From positions 4,216,001 through 4,280,000 of the forward strand of contig NC_086098.1 in the NCBI RefSeq assembly GCF_963921235.1: DNA of 64,000 nt. Direction: 5' to 3'. The notes below the pieces were generated by a model. The model did not search any database, was not told where the DNA came from, and saw nothing but the letters and a program-made list of their open reading frames with translations. Shown here piece after piece: positions 51,714 to 64,000 of the stretch (the first letter of the stretch is position 1; each line of letters begins with the position of its first letter). The translations under genes were made by a program, and so were the position numbers. Source of the stretch: Mobula hypostoma (Eukaryota).

Positions 51714-52090
51714 CTCCAAGGACCATCACTTTGTCATGATGGAGAGCTTTGTGAGCTTAACCATCTGGCACTTGGCTCCTGGTAGGGTCACCCATGGCGG
51801 AAAGGTCAAGGGAGAGGTTCCTGGCAAAGAACGATCCAACCACGAGCTCAACGGTGGAGCTGGCAGAAGATGACGACACGTCACAATGGCAGTGAAGGTG
51901 GAGGAAGGCTTCAGCAGGGGAGGGTCCCCATTGGTCTTGCATGCCATGTCACTGGACCCTGACCCCAATCTGTCAAAGACCATGTGGTGGTTGCCCGTGC
52001 AGCAACCTCCCCGCGTTAAACAAAGTTGTGCACAGATGACCTCCACGAAGAGAATCCATCATAACATCCCGGATCAGCCTCTATAGCCAA
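51714..52090 (+). mobile_element. RTE (Expander/Rex3-like) 5' UTR-derived element; related piece at 54717-54880
   Basis: ttggctc(c/t)tggtagggtca(cc/tt)catg(g/c)c...aggtcaa is shared by both copies. The family call is from memory of Expander 5' ends. Confidence 0.55.
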
Positions 52091-52384
52091 CTGAGGACCA
52101 ACGAATAGACAACCCCTTGGGAGAACATCGTACTCAACTCCAGTGATTGAACTAATTAACTAATATTTAATAAATATAAAGCAAAAAGTATACAGGTCCA
52201 CATACTTGATTATATGCAAGATGCTAAAATATATACAAGATACCGGCCTATAGGCACCACAGCAGCCTAGCGGTTAGTGCAATTACAGTTCACGGTGTTA
52301 GGGTTCAGAGTTCAGACCCGGCATCTGAACGTTCTTCCCATGAAATGCATGAGTTTTCTCCGGGTGCTCCAGTCCTGTGATTAG

Positions 52385-54004
52385 GGACAATTCATCATCA
52401 GTAAATTTACAGATGGTATTTGAGCTATGCTTAGCCACACAGTCATGGTATAGAGAGAGTAGAGCAGTGGGCTAAGCACACACCCCCTGAGGTGTGCCAG
52501 TGTTGATCGTCAGCGAGGAGGAGATGTTATCACCAATCCGCATAGACTGTGGTCCTCCGGTTAGGAAGTCAAGGATCCAATTGCAGAGGGAGGTACAGAG
52601 GCCCAGGGTCTGTAAATTCTCAATCAAGATTGTGGGAATGATGGTATTAAATGCTGAGCTGTAGTTGATGAACAGCATTCTGATGTAAATGTTTATATTG
52701 TCCTGGTGGTCTAAAGCCGTGTGGCGAGCCATTGAGATTGCGTCTGCCGTTGACCTATTGTGGCGATAGGCAAACTGCAATGGGTCCAGGTCCTTGCTGA
52801 GGCAGAAGTTCAGTCTAGCCATGACTAACCTCTCAAAGCACTTCATCATTTTAGATGTGAGTGCTATTGGGTGATAGTCATTAAGGAAGCTCACATTATT
52901 CTTCTTGGGCACTGGTATAAGTGTTGACTTTTTGAAGCAAGTGGGAACTTCCGCCCATAGCAGTGAGAGGTTGAAAATGTCCCTGAATACTCCCGCTAGT
53001 TGATTGGCACAGGTTTTCAGAGCCTTACCAGGTACTCCATCAGGACCTTCCGCCTTTCAAGGGCTCACCCTCTTTAAACACAGCCTAACATCGGCCTCTG
53101 AGGCAGAGATCACAGGGTCATCAGGTGCAGCAGAGATCCTCACAGCTGTAGTTATATCCTCTCTTTCAAAGCGGGCATAGAAGGCGTTGAGTTTATCTGG
53201 TAGTGAAGCATCACTGCCATTCATGCTATTGGGTTCGCTTTGTAGGAAGTAATGTCTTGCAAACCCTGCCAGAGTTGTCGTACATCCGATGTCACTTCCA
53301 ACCTCATTTGAAATTGTCTCTTTGCCCTTGAAATGGCCCTCCGCAAATCATACCTGGTTTTCTGGTACAGACCTGGGTCACTAAACTTGAATGCCAAAGA
53401 TCTAGCCTTCAGCAGACGACGTACCTCCTGGTTCATCCACGGCTTTTGGTTTGGGAATGGAAAGTTAGTCTTTGTGGGCACACACTCAACCACATGGATT
53501 TTAATGAAGTCAGTAACAACTGCAGCATACTCATCCAGATTCGAAGACGAATCCCTAAATACAGTCCAGTCCACCGATTCAAATCAGTCCTGTAGGTGCT
53601 CCTGTGCTTCCCTTGTCCATATTTTCTTGGTCCTCACTGCTGGTGCTGTAGCCTTCAGTCTCTGTCTATATTCAGGGAGGAAAAGTACAGCCAGGTGATC
53701 AGATTTCCCGAAGTGAGGGTGTGAAATAGCACAGTAGGCATTCTTGATGGTGGTGTAGCAATGGTCCAGTGTGTTGTTTCCTCTGGTATTGCAAGTGATC
53801 TGTTGATGGTAATTGCTTCATGATTTTTTCAGACTGGCTTTGGTAAAATGTCCCTAAACAATGGTGAAGGCGTTAGGGAGTGCTGTTTCATGCGTGTTGA
53901 TCCCATTGCTCAGATCATCTAAAGCCTGATTGACATTGGCCTGAGGTGGAATGATCCCGCGACCAAATTGATCCCGGAAATCTCCCTCGGTAGGTAAAAA
54001 GGAT
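52385..54004 (-). mobile_element. Rex1/Babar LINE fragment (endonuclease to RT)
   Basis: [58 protein letters not shown]. Confidence 0.92.
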
Positions 54005-54665
54005 TTCCCATTGGCAGCTCATTCCACACTCTCACGACCTTCTGAGTGAAGAAGTTTCCCCTCATGTTTCCCTTAAACTTTGTACCTTTCACCCTCAACT
54101 CATGGCCACCCAACCTCAGTGGAGAAAGCCTGCTTGCATTTACCCCATCTATACCCCTCATAATTTTGTATCCCTCGATCAAAGGTCCCTTCCAGCTTCT
54201 ACATTCCTAGGAATAAATTCCTAACCTATTCAAACTTTCCCTACAGCTCAGGTCCTTCAGTCATGGCAAAATCCTGGTAAATTTTCTGTCTATTCTTTCA
54301 ACCTTATTTACATCTTTCCTGTAGGTGGTTGATGAAAACTGCACATATTACTCCAAATTAGGCCTCACCAATGTCTTATACAACTTCCCAATTCTTGCAC
54401 TTAATACTTTAATTTATTAAGACCAATTTGCTAAAAAAAACTTTCTTTATGATCTTATCCACCTGTGATGCCACTTTCAATGAATTATGGACTTGTAATC
54501 CCAGATCCCATTGTTCTACCACACTCCTCAATGCCCTACCGTTCACTGTGTAAGACCTACCCTGGTTGATCCTTCCAAAGTGCAACACCTCGCATTTGTC
54601 TGCATTAAATTCTGTCTGCCATTTTTCAGCCCATTTTTCCGGCTGGTTCAGATCCCTCTGCAAGC
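54005..54665 (-). mobile_element. CR1 RT fragment
   Basis: WQTEFNADKCEVLHFG; FFTQKVVRVWN. Confidence 0.85.
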
Positions 54666-55172
54666 CATGATGGACTTCCAGTTTTGTTTATTATTCCATG
54701 AGCAACCTTGAAGGGGACAACAACCTTGTCATAGATTTGGAGGCTTGCATGTCTCAATGGCTCATAAAGCTATGCTGGCTGGAGGCAGGGCTGTATGCTT
54801 TGGCTCTTGGTAGGGTCATTCATGCCACACAGGTCAAAAGGTAGACGTCAAAATAAAACTAGTCCACCAGTCCTGCATAATTGGGATGTTACGATGTGCA
54901 CTGGTAATTTCAGAACACAAGAGCGGAGGAAAGAGAGACTCCAATGTAGAGGCAGCGACCAGAATTTATTCATACGAATTCCAACAGAACATCAGTGACT
55001 GACACCACGGGACGTAACAGCCTCAAAACTAGGACCCAGTGATTAGCACTGCTTAAATATTACAATGACACAAAATCCCTGAGCTTATCAAAATAAACTT
55101 ACCAAGTTTAAACAGAAAGCACCAGGGGTATTATAAAGAGCAAGTCATTCAAGAAAAACATGAGGAACTCTA

Positions 55173-55700
55173 AATAGAAGAAACATAGAACATAGAAAAC
55201 CTACAGCACAATACAGGCCCTTCAGCCCACAATGCTATGCTGAACATGCACTTACTTTAGAAATTACCTATGGTTACCCATAGCCCTCTGTTTTTCTAAG
55301 CTCCATGCACCTATCCAGGAGTCTCCTAAAATACCATCTCATATCCGCCTCTGCCGCTGCTGCCGGCAGCCCATTCCATGCACTCACCACTCTCTGCGTA
55401 AAAAACTTACCCCTGACATCTCCTCTGTACCTACTCCCAAGCACCTTAAAACTGTGCCCTCTTGTATTAGCCATTTCAGCCCTGAGAAAAAGCCTGACTA
55501 TCCACACGATCAATACTTCTCATCATTTTATACACCTCTATCAGATCACTACTCATCGTCTGTCGCTCCAAGGGGAAAAGGCCAAGTTCACTCAAATTAT
55601 TCTTGTAAGGCATGCTCCCCAACCCAGGCAACAACCTTGTAAATCTCTTCTGCACCCTTTCTATAGTTTCCACATCCTTCCTGTAGTGAGGAGACCAGAA
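55173..55700 (-). mobile_element. CR1 3' fragment (second subfamily)
   Basis: WSPHYRKDVETIERVQKRF; aacatagaacatagaa tail. Confidence 0.88.
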
Positions 55701-56733
55701 ATTATTAACAAATTTCATTAAAACAACAATTAACCTATTCAGGTGCTCCAAAAACCTCAGAGCCCAGCATTTTTTGGCTCCCTTTACAGGCCCAAAGAAC
55801 TTATTACGGTACTCCACTCCCTAAAGCTGGCACCTGAAAGCCCAGGGAGACCTGAAAACTCGAGAGTCAGGGACAACTTGAGAGAGACACCTGTGAAACC
55901 GGAGATGGAAACATGGGGAACAAAAGGGAGACATGAAAAACCTTGTGAGAGACTTGGGAACCTCAAGACAGGCTTGGGAGTCCTCGAGATGGGGAAAATA
56001 TTGAAAAGACCTTGGAAACCTCAAAATCTCCTTGGAAACCTTGAATGTATAGACAGAGATACTTAACCCAAGAAACATAAGAACATAAGAAATAGGAGCA
56101 GGAGTAGGTCATCTGGCCCGTCGAGCTTGCTCCACCATTCAATAAGATCACGGCTGATCTGGCCATAGACTCCCCTCCACCTACCTGCCTTTTCCCAATA
56201 ATCCTTAATTCCCCTACTACGCAAAAAAATCTATCCGAACTTGTCTTAAACACATTTACTGAGGTAGCCTCCACTGCTTCATCGGGCAGAGAATTCCAGA
56301 GATTCACCACTCTTTGGGGAAAAGCAGTTACTCCTCATCTCCTCCGAAATCTACTTCCCCAAATCTTGAGGCTATGTCCCCTAGTTCTAGTCTCACCCAC
56401 AATGGAAACAACTTCCCTGCCTTTTTCTTAGGAAAAATTATGAAAGGGATAGATGTTTCTAGATTTCCTCTCAGTCTTCTGAATTTAGGCGAGTACAATC
56501 CCAGGTGACTCAATCTCTCCTCATAGTCTAACCACCCCACCCTCATCTCTTGAATTAATCTGATGAACCTCCTCTGCACCACCTCCAAAGCTAATATATC
56601 CTTCCTCAAGTAAGGAGACCAGAACTGCACACAGTACTCTAGGTGCAGCCTCACCAGTACCCTGTACAGTTGCAGCATGACCTCCCTGCTCTTAAATTCA
56701 ATCCCTCTAGTAATGAAGGCCAACATTCCATTT

Positions 56734-56829
56734 AACACAGACAAAAAACTGGAGGAACTCACCAGGCCAGGAACAGCACTATGGAAATAAGTACAGTTGA
56801 CGTTTCAGGCCGAAACTCTTTGGCAGGAC
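56734..56829 (-). mobile_element. Short Penelope pseudo-LTR insertion with degenerate hammerhead
   Basis: Imperfect 14-bp TSD ccaacattccattt/ccaacatcacattt. Confidence 0.75.
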
Positions 56830-57977
56830 CCAACATCACATTTACCTTCTTGATAGCCTACTACACCTGCAAACCAACTTTTTGTGATTCATGCACAAGC
56901 ACTCCCAAGTCCCTCTGCACAGCAGCATACTGCAACGTTTTACCATTTAGATAATAATCTGCTCTTCATTTTTCCTTTCAAAGTGGATGACCTCGCATCT
57001 ACCAACATTGTACTCCATCTGCCAGACCCTTGCTCACTCCCTTAACCTATCTCTGTCTACAGACTCTCCGTTTTTTCTGCACAATTTGCTTTTCCACTCA
57101 ATTTAGTATCATCAGCAAACTTAGATACACTACACTCAATTTACTCTTCCAGATCATTAATGTATATTGTGAACAGTTGCGGGCCCAGCACCGACCCCTG
57201 TGGCACACCGCTGACCAATGAGTGCCAACTAGAGTAACACCCATGTATCCCAACTCTCTGCTTTCTATTAGTTAACCAGTCCTCTATCCATGCTAATACA
57301 TCTCCCCCAACTCTATGCATCCTTATCTTATGGATAAGTCTTTTATGCTGCACCTTATCGAATGCCTTCTGGAAATCCAACTAAATAATGTCTATCTGTT
57401 CCCCTCTGTCCGCTGTACTTGTTATATCAGAATCAGGTTTAATATCACGTCCTGTGACGTGAAATTTGTTAACTTAGCAGCAGCAGTTCAATGCAATACA
57501 TAGTCTAACAGAGAGGGGAAAAAATAATAAAATAAAACAATAATAAATAGACAAGTAAATCAATTAAGTACATTGAATTGATTTTTTTAAATGTGCAAAA
57601 ACAGAAATACTGTACATTAGAAAAGTGAGGTAGTGTCCAAAGTTTCAATGTCCATTTAGGAATTAGATGGCAGAGGGGAAGAAGCTGTTCCTGAATTGCT
57701 GAGTGTAATCCTCAAAGAACCAGTAAATTTGTCAAACAGGACCTGCCTTTGCTAAAGCCATGGTGCATCTGCCTGATGGATTCATTTCTTTCCAGATGCC
57801 TCACTATTTATTCTTTAATGATAGCTTCAAGCAACCTAACTGGCCTATAGTTACCTGCCTTTTGCCTACATCCTTTTTTGAACAGTAGTGTGACATCTGC
57901 CATCTTCCAATCCACCCGGACCTACCCAGAGTCCAGAGAATTTTGGTAAATTATCGTCAAAGCCGCTACTATAACTT

Positions 57978-58128
57978 TTCTTCTTTCAGTTAGTCCTGAC
58001 AAAGGGTCTTGGCCCGAAACGTCAACTGTACCTCTTCCTAGAGATGCTGCCTGGCCTGCTGCGTTCACCAGCAACTTTGATGTGTGTTGCTTGAATTTCC
58101 AGCATCTGCAGATTTCCTCGTGTTTGCG
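57978..58128 (+). mobile_element. 151-bp Penelope pseudo-LTR insertion with hammerhead motif (57992-58027, CTGACAA variant)
   Basis: Perfect 10-bp TSD actataactt (57968-57977/58129-58138); nearly identical to 9613-9757. Confidence 0.9.
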
Positions 58129-58539
58129 ACTATAACTTCTGCCATTTCTTTCAGTACCCCGGGATGCATTCCATCAAGACTCGGAGACTTACCTATCCTC
58201 AGACCCACAAATTTGCTCAGCACTACCTCTTTAGTGATAGCTATTGTATCAAGGTCCTCATCTCCCATCGCATCCATAACATCTCTCTTTGGCATGTTAG
58301 ACGTATCCTCCACCATGAAGACCAACACAAAATAGTCATTCAAAGCCTCTGCCATTTCCTCAGTACCCAATATCAAGTTCTCTTTCTCGTCCTCTGAGGG
58401 AACTACGTTCACTTTAGCCACCCTTTTCCACTTCATATAATTATAAACCTTTTCCTTCTATCTTCCATTCCTTTATTGCTTGTTTTGTGGTTCTTTATTT
58501 CTTTTTAAAGTTTTCCCAATCTTCTTGTTTCCCAGTACT

Positions 58540-59295
58540 AGAAACATTGAAAACCTACAGCACAATACAGGCCCTTTGGCCCACAAAGCTGTGCTGAACA
58601 TATCCTTACCTTAGAAATTACCCAGGGTTACCCATAGCCCTCTATTTTCCTGAGCTCCATGTACCTGTCCAGGAATCTCTTAAAAGACTCTATCGTATCT
58701 GCCTCCACCACCATCACCAGCAGCCCATTCCACACACTCACTACTCTGTGTAAAAAACTTACCTCTGACATCTCCTCTGTACCTACTTCCAAGCACCTTA
58801 AAACTAGCCCTCTCGAGTTAGCCATTTCAGCCCTGGGAAAAAGCCCTGATTATCCACACGATCAATGCTTCTCATCATCTTATACACCTCTATCAGGTCA
58901 CCTCTCATCCTCGGTCGCTCCAAGGAAAAAAGGCTGAGTTCACTCAACCTATTCTCATAAGACATGCTCCCCAATCCAGGCAACATCCTTGTAAATCTCC
59001 TCTGCACCCTTTCTATGGTTTCCACATCCTTCCTATAGTGAGGTGACTGGAACTGAGCACAGTACTCCAGGTGGGGTCTGACCAGGGTCCTATATAGCTG
59101 CGACATTACCTCTCGGCTCCTAAACTCAATCCCACGATTGATGAAGGACAATAGAGCATATGCTTTCTTAACCACAGAGTCAACCAGTGTGGCAGCTTTG
59201 AGTGTCCTATGGACTCAGACCCCAAGATCCCTCTGATCCTTCACACTGCCAAGAGTCTTACCATTAATACCATATTCTTCCATCATATTTGACTT
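58540..59295 (-). mobile_element. CR1 3' fragment (second subfamily) nested in CR1
   Basis: Highly similar to 10721-11480. Confidence 0.88.
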
Positions 59296-59564
59296 ACTGT
59301 TGGCAATTTTGTACACACGAGCTTTTAGTTTGATGTCTTCTTTTATTTCCTTAGTTATCTGAGGCTGGCTCTTCCCACCCTCACTGTCCTTGCTTTTTAC
59401 TGGAATATACTTTTGTTGAGCACCATGAAAAATCTCTCTGAAAGTCTTCCACTGTTCTTCAACCGTCCCACCATATAGCCTGCATTCCCAGTCTACACTA
59501 GCCAAATCCTCCCTCATCCTATTGTAGTCTCCATTGTTTAGATTAGATTAGATTAGATTCAATT

Positions 59565-60228
59565 TTAGATTATGAGGACACGCAGTCCTCTTTTATTGTC
59601 ATTTCGTAATGCATGCATTAAGAAATGATACAATGTTCGTCCAGAATGATATCACAGAAACACAAGACTAACCAAGACTAAAAAAACTGACAAAAACCAC
59701 ATAATTATAACATATAGTTACAACAGTGCAAAGCAATACCATAATTTGATAAAGAACAGTCCATGGGCACAGTGAAAAAAAGTCTCAAAGTCTCTTGAAA
59801 GTCCCATCATCTCACGCAGACGGTAGAAGGAAGAAACTCTCTCCCTGCCATGAACCTCCAGTGCCGCAAACTTGCCGATGCAGCATCCTGGAAGCACCCG
59901 ACCACAGCCGACTCGAGTCCGTCCGAAAACTTTGAGCCTCCGACCAGCCCTCCGACACCGAGCACCGTCTCTGCCGAGCGCTTCAACCCCGGCCCCGACA
60001 ACAGGCAGCACGCAAAGCCAAGGATTTGGGGCCTTCCCCTCCGGAGATTCTCGATCACACGGGAGCAACGGCAGCGAAGCGGACATTTCAGAAGTTTCTC
60101 CAGATGTTGCTCCGTGCTTCTCACGTCTATCGCCATCAAATCAGGATTGTGCGCGGTACCTACTTACAAATACGATATCAATTCGGAGCGGCCGCGTGCG
60201 CTGCGTCACGCCGCCATCTTCTCCTCCC
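59565..60228 (-). mobile_element. Non-autonomous short retroelement, copy 3 (full length)
   Basis: Same 5' end GGGAGGAGAAGATGGCGGCG and 3' tail as copy 1; sits in the tail of a Rex1 copy. Confidence 0.88.
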
Positions 60229-60880
60229 AACTTCATTGTCATTGTGCCGTGTACAGATACAAAGCCAATGAAATGCAGTTAGCATCTGAGCAGAAATGCA
60301 AAGAATAGTGTTATTTACAAAACAACTGTGAATAAAAAGTAAGTGCTACAGCACACAAATATAAAAGTTCTGAGACAGTACAATATGGGTGCAATACTGC
60401 TTAGTGCTGTGATGTGAGGTTCAGCAGTGTCACAGCCTCAGGGAAGAAGCTCTTCCTGTGCCTGCTGGTGCGGAAGCAGAGGCTCCTGTAGCGCCTGCCG
60501 GATGGGAGGAGAGTAAAAAGTCCATGATGAGGGTAGGATGCATCCTTGATAATGCTTTTCACCCTGCCCAGGCAGCGTTTATGGTAGATGTTCTCAATGG
60601 TGGGCAGTTGGGTGCCGATAATCCACTGGGCAGTTTTCACCACACGCTGGAGTGCTTTGCGGTCCAGTACGGGACAATTGCCATACCACACTGAGATGCA
60701 GTTGGTGAGTATGCTCTCAATGGTACAGCGGTAAAAGCCCGTCAGTATCCTGGGACAGAGGTGAGCTTTCTTGATGCTCCGCAGGAAATAAAGGCACTGC
60801 TGTGCCTTTTTGATCAAGATGGAGGAGTTCAGGGACCAGGTGAGATCCTCGGAAATGTGGACACCAAAGAATGTGAAGGC
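60229..60880 (-). mobile_element. Rex1/Babar 3' fragment; its (TCTAA)n tail is displaced to 59538-59564
   Basis: KKAQQCLYFLR...FYRCTIESILTNCISVWYGNC...LLPSGRRYRS...SFFPEAV. Confidence 0.92.
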
Positions 60881-63594
60881 TTTAGATCAAACTATTGCGC
60901 ACTCCATTTGTATGAGAAGCTCAATCATACTGTGATCACTCTTTCCAAGAGAATCCCGAACTACAAATTCACTTATTTTACCTGTATCATTGCACAGGCC
61001 CAAATCCAAGATAACACGTTCCCTTGTAGGTTCAGTGACATGTTGTTCAAGAAAGCCATCATGGATGCATGAAGTCCTCCTCAAGACTGCTCAACCAACT
61101 TGATTCACCCAATCTATGTGCAAGTTAAAGTGCCCCATGATAACTGCTGTTCCATTCTAACATGCCTCAGATATTTCTCCGTTTATTGCCTGTGCCTCTG
61201 TAATGTTATTATTCAGTGGCTGATAGACAACACCCACCAGTGATTTTTTTCCCTTTAATATTCCTAATCTCTGCCCAGATGGTTCCAGCATTTTGCTCCT
61301 TAGGTCTTATATCGTCTCTCACTGATCTTATCCTTAATTAAAAGCACTACCCCACCTCCCTTACCTTCCTGCCTATCCTTCCGTACTACCTGATATCCCT
61401 GGATATTTAATTCCCAATCGTCTCCACCCTGCAACCACACCTCTGTAGTGGCTCCTAAATCACACCCCTTTGTACTGATTTGTGCCACAAGTTCACGGAT
61501 CTTGTTTTGAATACCACAGGTATTCAAATAAAGAGCCCTTACACACATTGTGCTTTTAAAATCCTGCAATATTTTTCTCTTTTTACACTTGACTTTTCTT
61601 CACTCCGCTCTTACTTTTTCTCTTTATCTTTTGAGTTTTCTTTACCTTTATCCACACTTTCCTATTTTACTTTATCCATACTTCTCCAATCTCCCCCACA
61701 CCATTTAGTTCAAAGCCCTGCAGTTATAAGCCTTCAGACCTAGAAGAAAACAGTGAAAACATGAAACTGGAAACCCAGGGGAAGATCCTGGAAGGGCCTT
61801 GCTCATAGAGTTTTACCATTCACTATTTTTCCAGAGGTAATTAGGATACATAAGGTTGTACTCTCAGTTTTACAGATTGAGACAGCACAGAGAGGCTCTT
61901 CTTATCACTGAGCGAGCTGGCTCACTGTAGGTTTGTTTCATTTGTGGCACAAAAGCTCAATTTTCACAGTCTGTACTATGACTTCCATCAAGAAGTTAAA
62001 TGTAAGGTCGCCTACTGTTGATAGGGTTACTTTACTCGTTTGCCCACGCCAGCCAGGGATCAGATTTTGGAGCAGGACCCTTCAGGGTTGCTGACTCAAG
62101 TTACTCTTTCAGGAGACACTTGTACACTAGAATGTTTGCTACCATTAACATCAGAACAGACAGACAGGAATTCTGTATTGTAGTCCGTGCCACTGCATTT
62201 GTTCACATACAAATTTAATACGATTATTCTCGATAGCGTCCTTCCGAACATTGATTTGGCATTAACAAAGATGTTAACAATACTTGCAAGAAACAACATC
62301 AGGAAAGGGAAAGTTCTTTCAAAATTTACATTATTGAGTTGAATGCTGATTTGTTGAATCAAACAAACTCTGTTGATAAGAGTTTGAAGCTCTCATTTGT
62401 TTCGCAGACCTGAGTCACAGGACCCAAATGCTTACAACTTGAAAAGCTCAGAATGAAGACAGGAGAAACTCAGAACATAGACTAGAGACACTCAGAACGT
62501 GGGCCTGAAATTAGATGGTATTCTTATCGAAAGCCACCCGATGTCAAAATGCAGCTGTTCAACCTCCACTGGGCCCATAGCTTGGTGGGGTCCTTCTGCC
62601 ACAACGTGCACTGGCAATATCGGAACCCAAGTGGACAGTCGAGAGTTTATTCATAATTCCAAGCAACATCAGAAGATGTAACATTCTCAAAACTGTGATG
62701 ATCAGGCGTCTGCTTAAATAGTAATAGTAACTTGGAATCCCTGACCTATCAAAATAAAAAACAAGCTTAAACCGAAAGCAGCAGGAGACCACATTACAAA
62801 GAGCGAGTCGCTCGAGAAAAACACAACTCTAAACGATCAACGAGGAGGGACAGGAACCTGAAGCCACGCACTCAACATTTCAGCTCAGCTTCGTCCTCTT
62901 TGCCATCAGATTTCTGACTGGTCCGTTAACCCACGAACACCACCTCACCATTGTGCTACCCTTTTGCACTACTTATCTATATTTTTCTCACTGTAGCTTA
63001 CACTAATTTTGTTACGCCTTGCACTGTATTGTTGCTGCAAAATGACAAATTTCACAACATATGCCAGTGATACTAAACTGGACCCTGATTCAATTGTGCT
63101 GTTTTAAAGAACCGGGAATCTGTCGTCTCCACAGGCCCACCTCCTGGTGGCATGAGTGAGGAAGGGGCCACGGCAGTGCAGAATGGGGTGGTGGAAGAGG
63201 CAGACGCATTAGGGGTGTTTATACAGGCACATGAACCTGAGGAAAATGGCAGGATAGAAATATTGTGTGGGCAGAAGAGATTAATTTAGTTGTCCATTTG
63301 ATTGATTTGGCACAACACTGGGCAACAAAGGGCTTGTTCCTATCCAGTACTGTTCTGAGTTCAATCTTCTAGCAGTGCTTTCAGATAACAGAGACCTGCT
63401 TCCTACTTCACCAACCATTAAAATAGGCTATAAAATATAGAAAATAAATAAATATGATAGTAAGTATAGAAAAAAATCACACCAGCAGTAATTGTGCAGA
63501 GTAGCAGTTCGTGCAATGCTCTTACTGTGCGAACAACGTGGGTTCAGTTCCATTGCTGTCTATAGGGAGTTGTATGATCCCCCATGACTGCATG

Positions 63595-64000
63595 GACATC
63601 CAGAGTCCCACCTACCATCATACCCCACGAGCCTACGCACATCACTCTCCACAACTTCTGCCATCTTCAACAGGATCTGACCACCAAACACATCTTTACC
63701 TCCCCCACCCCTCTCTGCTTTCTGCAGGGATCCCTTGCTCCAAGATTCCCTGGTCCAATCATTCCCCCCCCCCCCGCCATTAAACTGCATCCTGGCATTT
63801 ATCCTTGAAAGCAGGACATGTGCTACACCTGATATTCACGTTGTCCCTCACCACATTTCCAGGCCCCAAACAGTCCTTCCAGGTGAGGCAACACTTCACC
63901 TGCAAGACTGTCGGAGTCATCCCCTGTATCCAGTGCTCCGATGTAAGACTCCACTTACGTCAGACAGACCCAACGTAGATTGGGAGAGCACTTCTTGTAC
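63595..64000 (+). mobile_element. Penelope-like element ORF remnant (linker and GIY-YIG endonuclease)
   Basis: HITLHNFCHLQQDLTTKHIF; GPKQSFQVRQHFTCKTVGVIPCIQCS...YVRQTQRRLGEHF (degenerate VIY...YIG). Confidence 0.85.

Larger units (their letters stand above)
56071..61715 (-). mobile_element. Long CR1 LINE (same subfamily as 21405-25585) carrying at least six nested insertions
   Basis: Collinear APE (ALYLNT, KSDH), linker, RT ([20 protein letters not shown]) and 3' UTR pieces; aagaacataag tail. Confidence 0.9.

Overview
Eukaryotic (vertebrate) intronic DNA. The repeat complement (HER1-like CR1 LINEs with esterase ORF1, HE1/V-domain tRNA SINEs, Rex1/Babar, Penelope-like elements) suggests a cartilaginous fish, probably a ray; this is inference. 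The only host coding sequence I can support is two phase-0 internal exons of a BTB-BACK-Kelch gene on the minus strand (48935-49033 and 26346-26561), which match my recollection of KLHL32. Most of the rest is nested transposon debris: two Gypsy remnants, many CR1 copies (two near full length), Rex1, an L1 fragment, RTE/Expander-like 5' ends, and hAT and Tc1 derivatives. The most notable non-coding signal is about 10 copies of a Penelope pseudo-LTR carrying a minimal type-I hammerhead ribozyme motif (CTGA(C/T)GA...GAAAC-GTC), two of which look intact. Also notable: a ~0.65-kb non-tRNA short retroelement with a fixed 5' end and a Rex1-like tail (3 copies), an hAT derivative with a perfect 8-bp TSD next to an exon, a 1.1-kb domain-permuted Gypsy with intact TG...CA ends, and a candidate stop-containing cassette exon. 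All family calls come from motif recognition by eye. No database searches were run, and many repeat boundaries are approximate.
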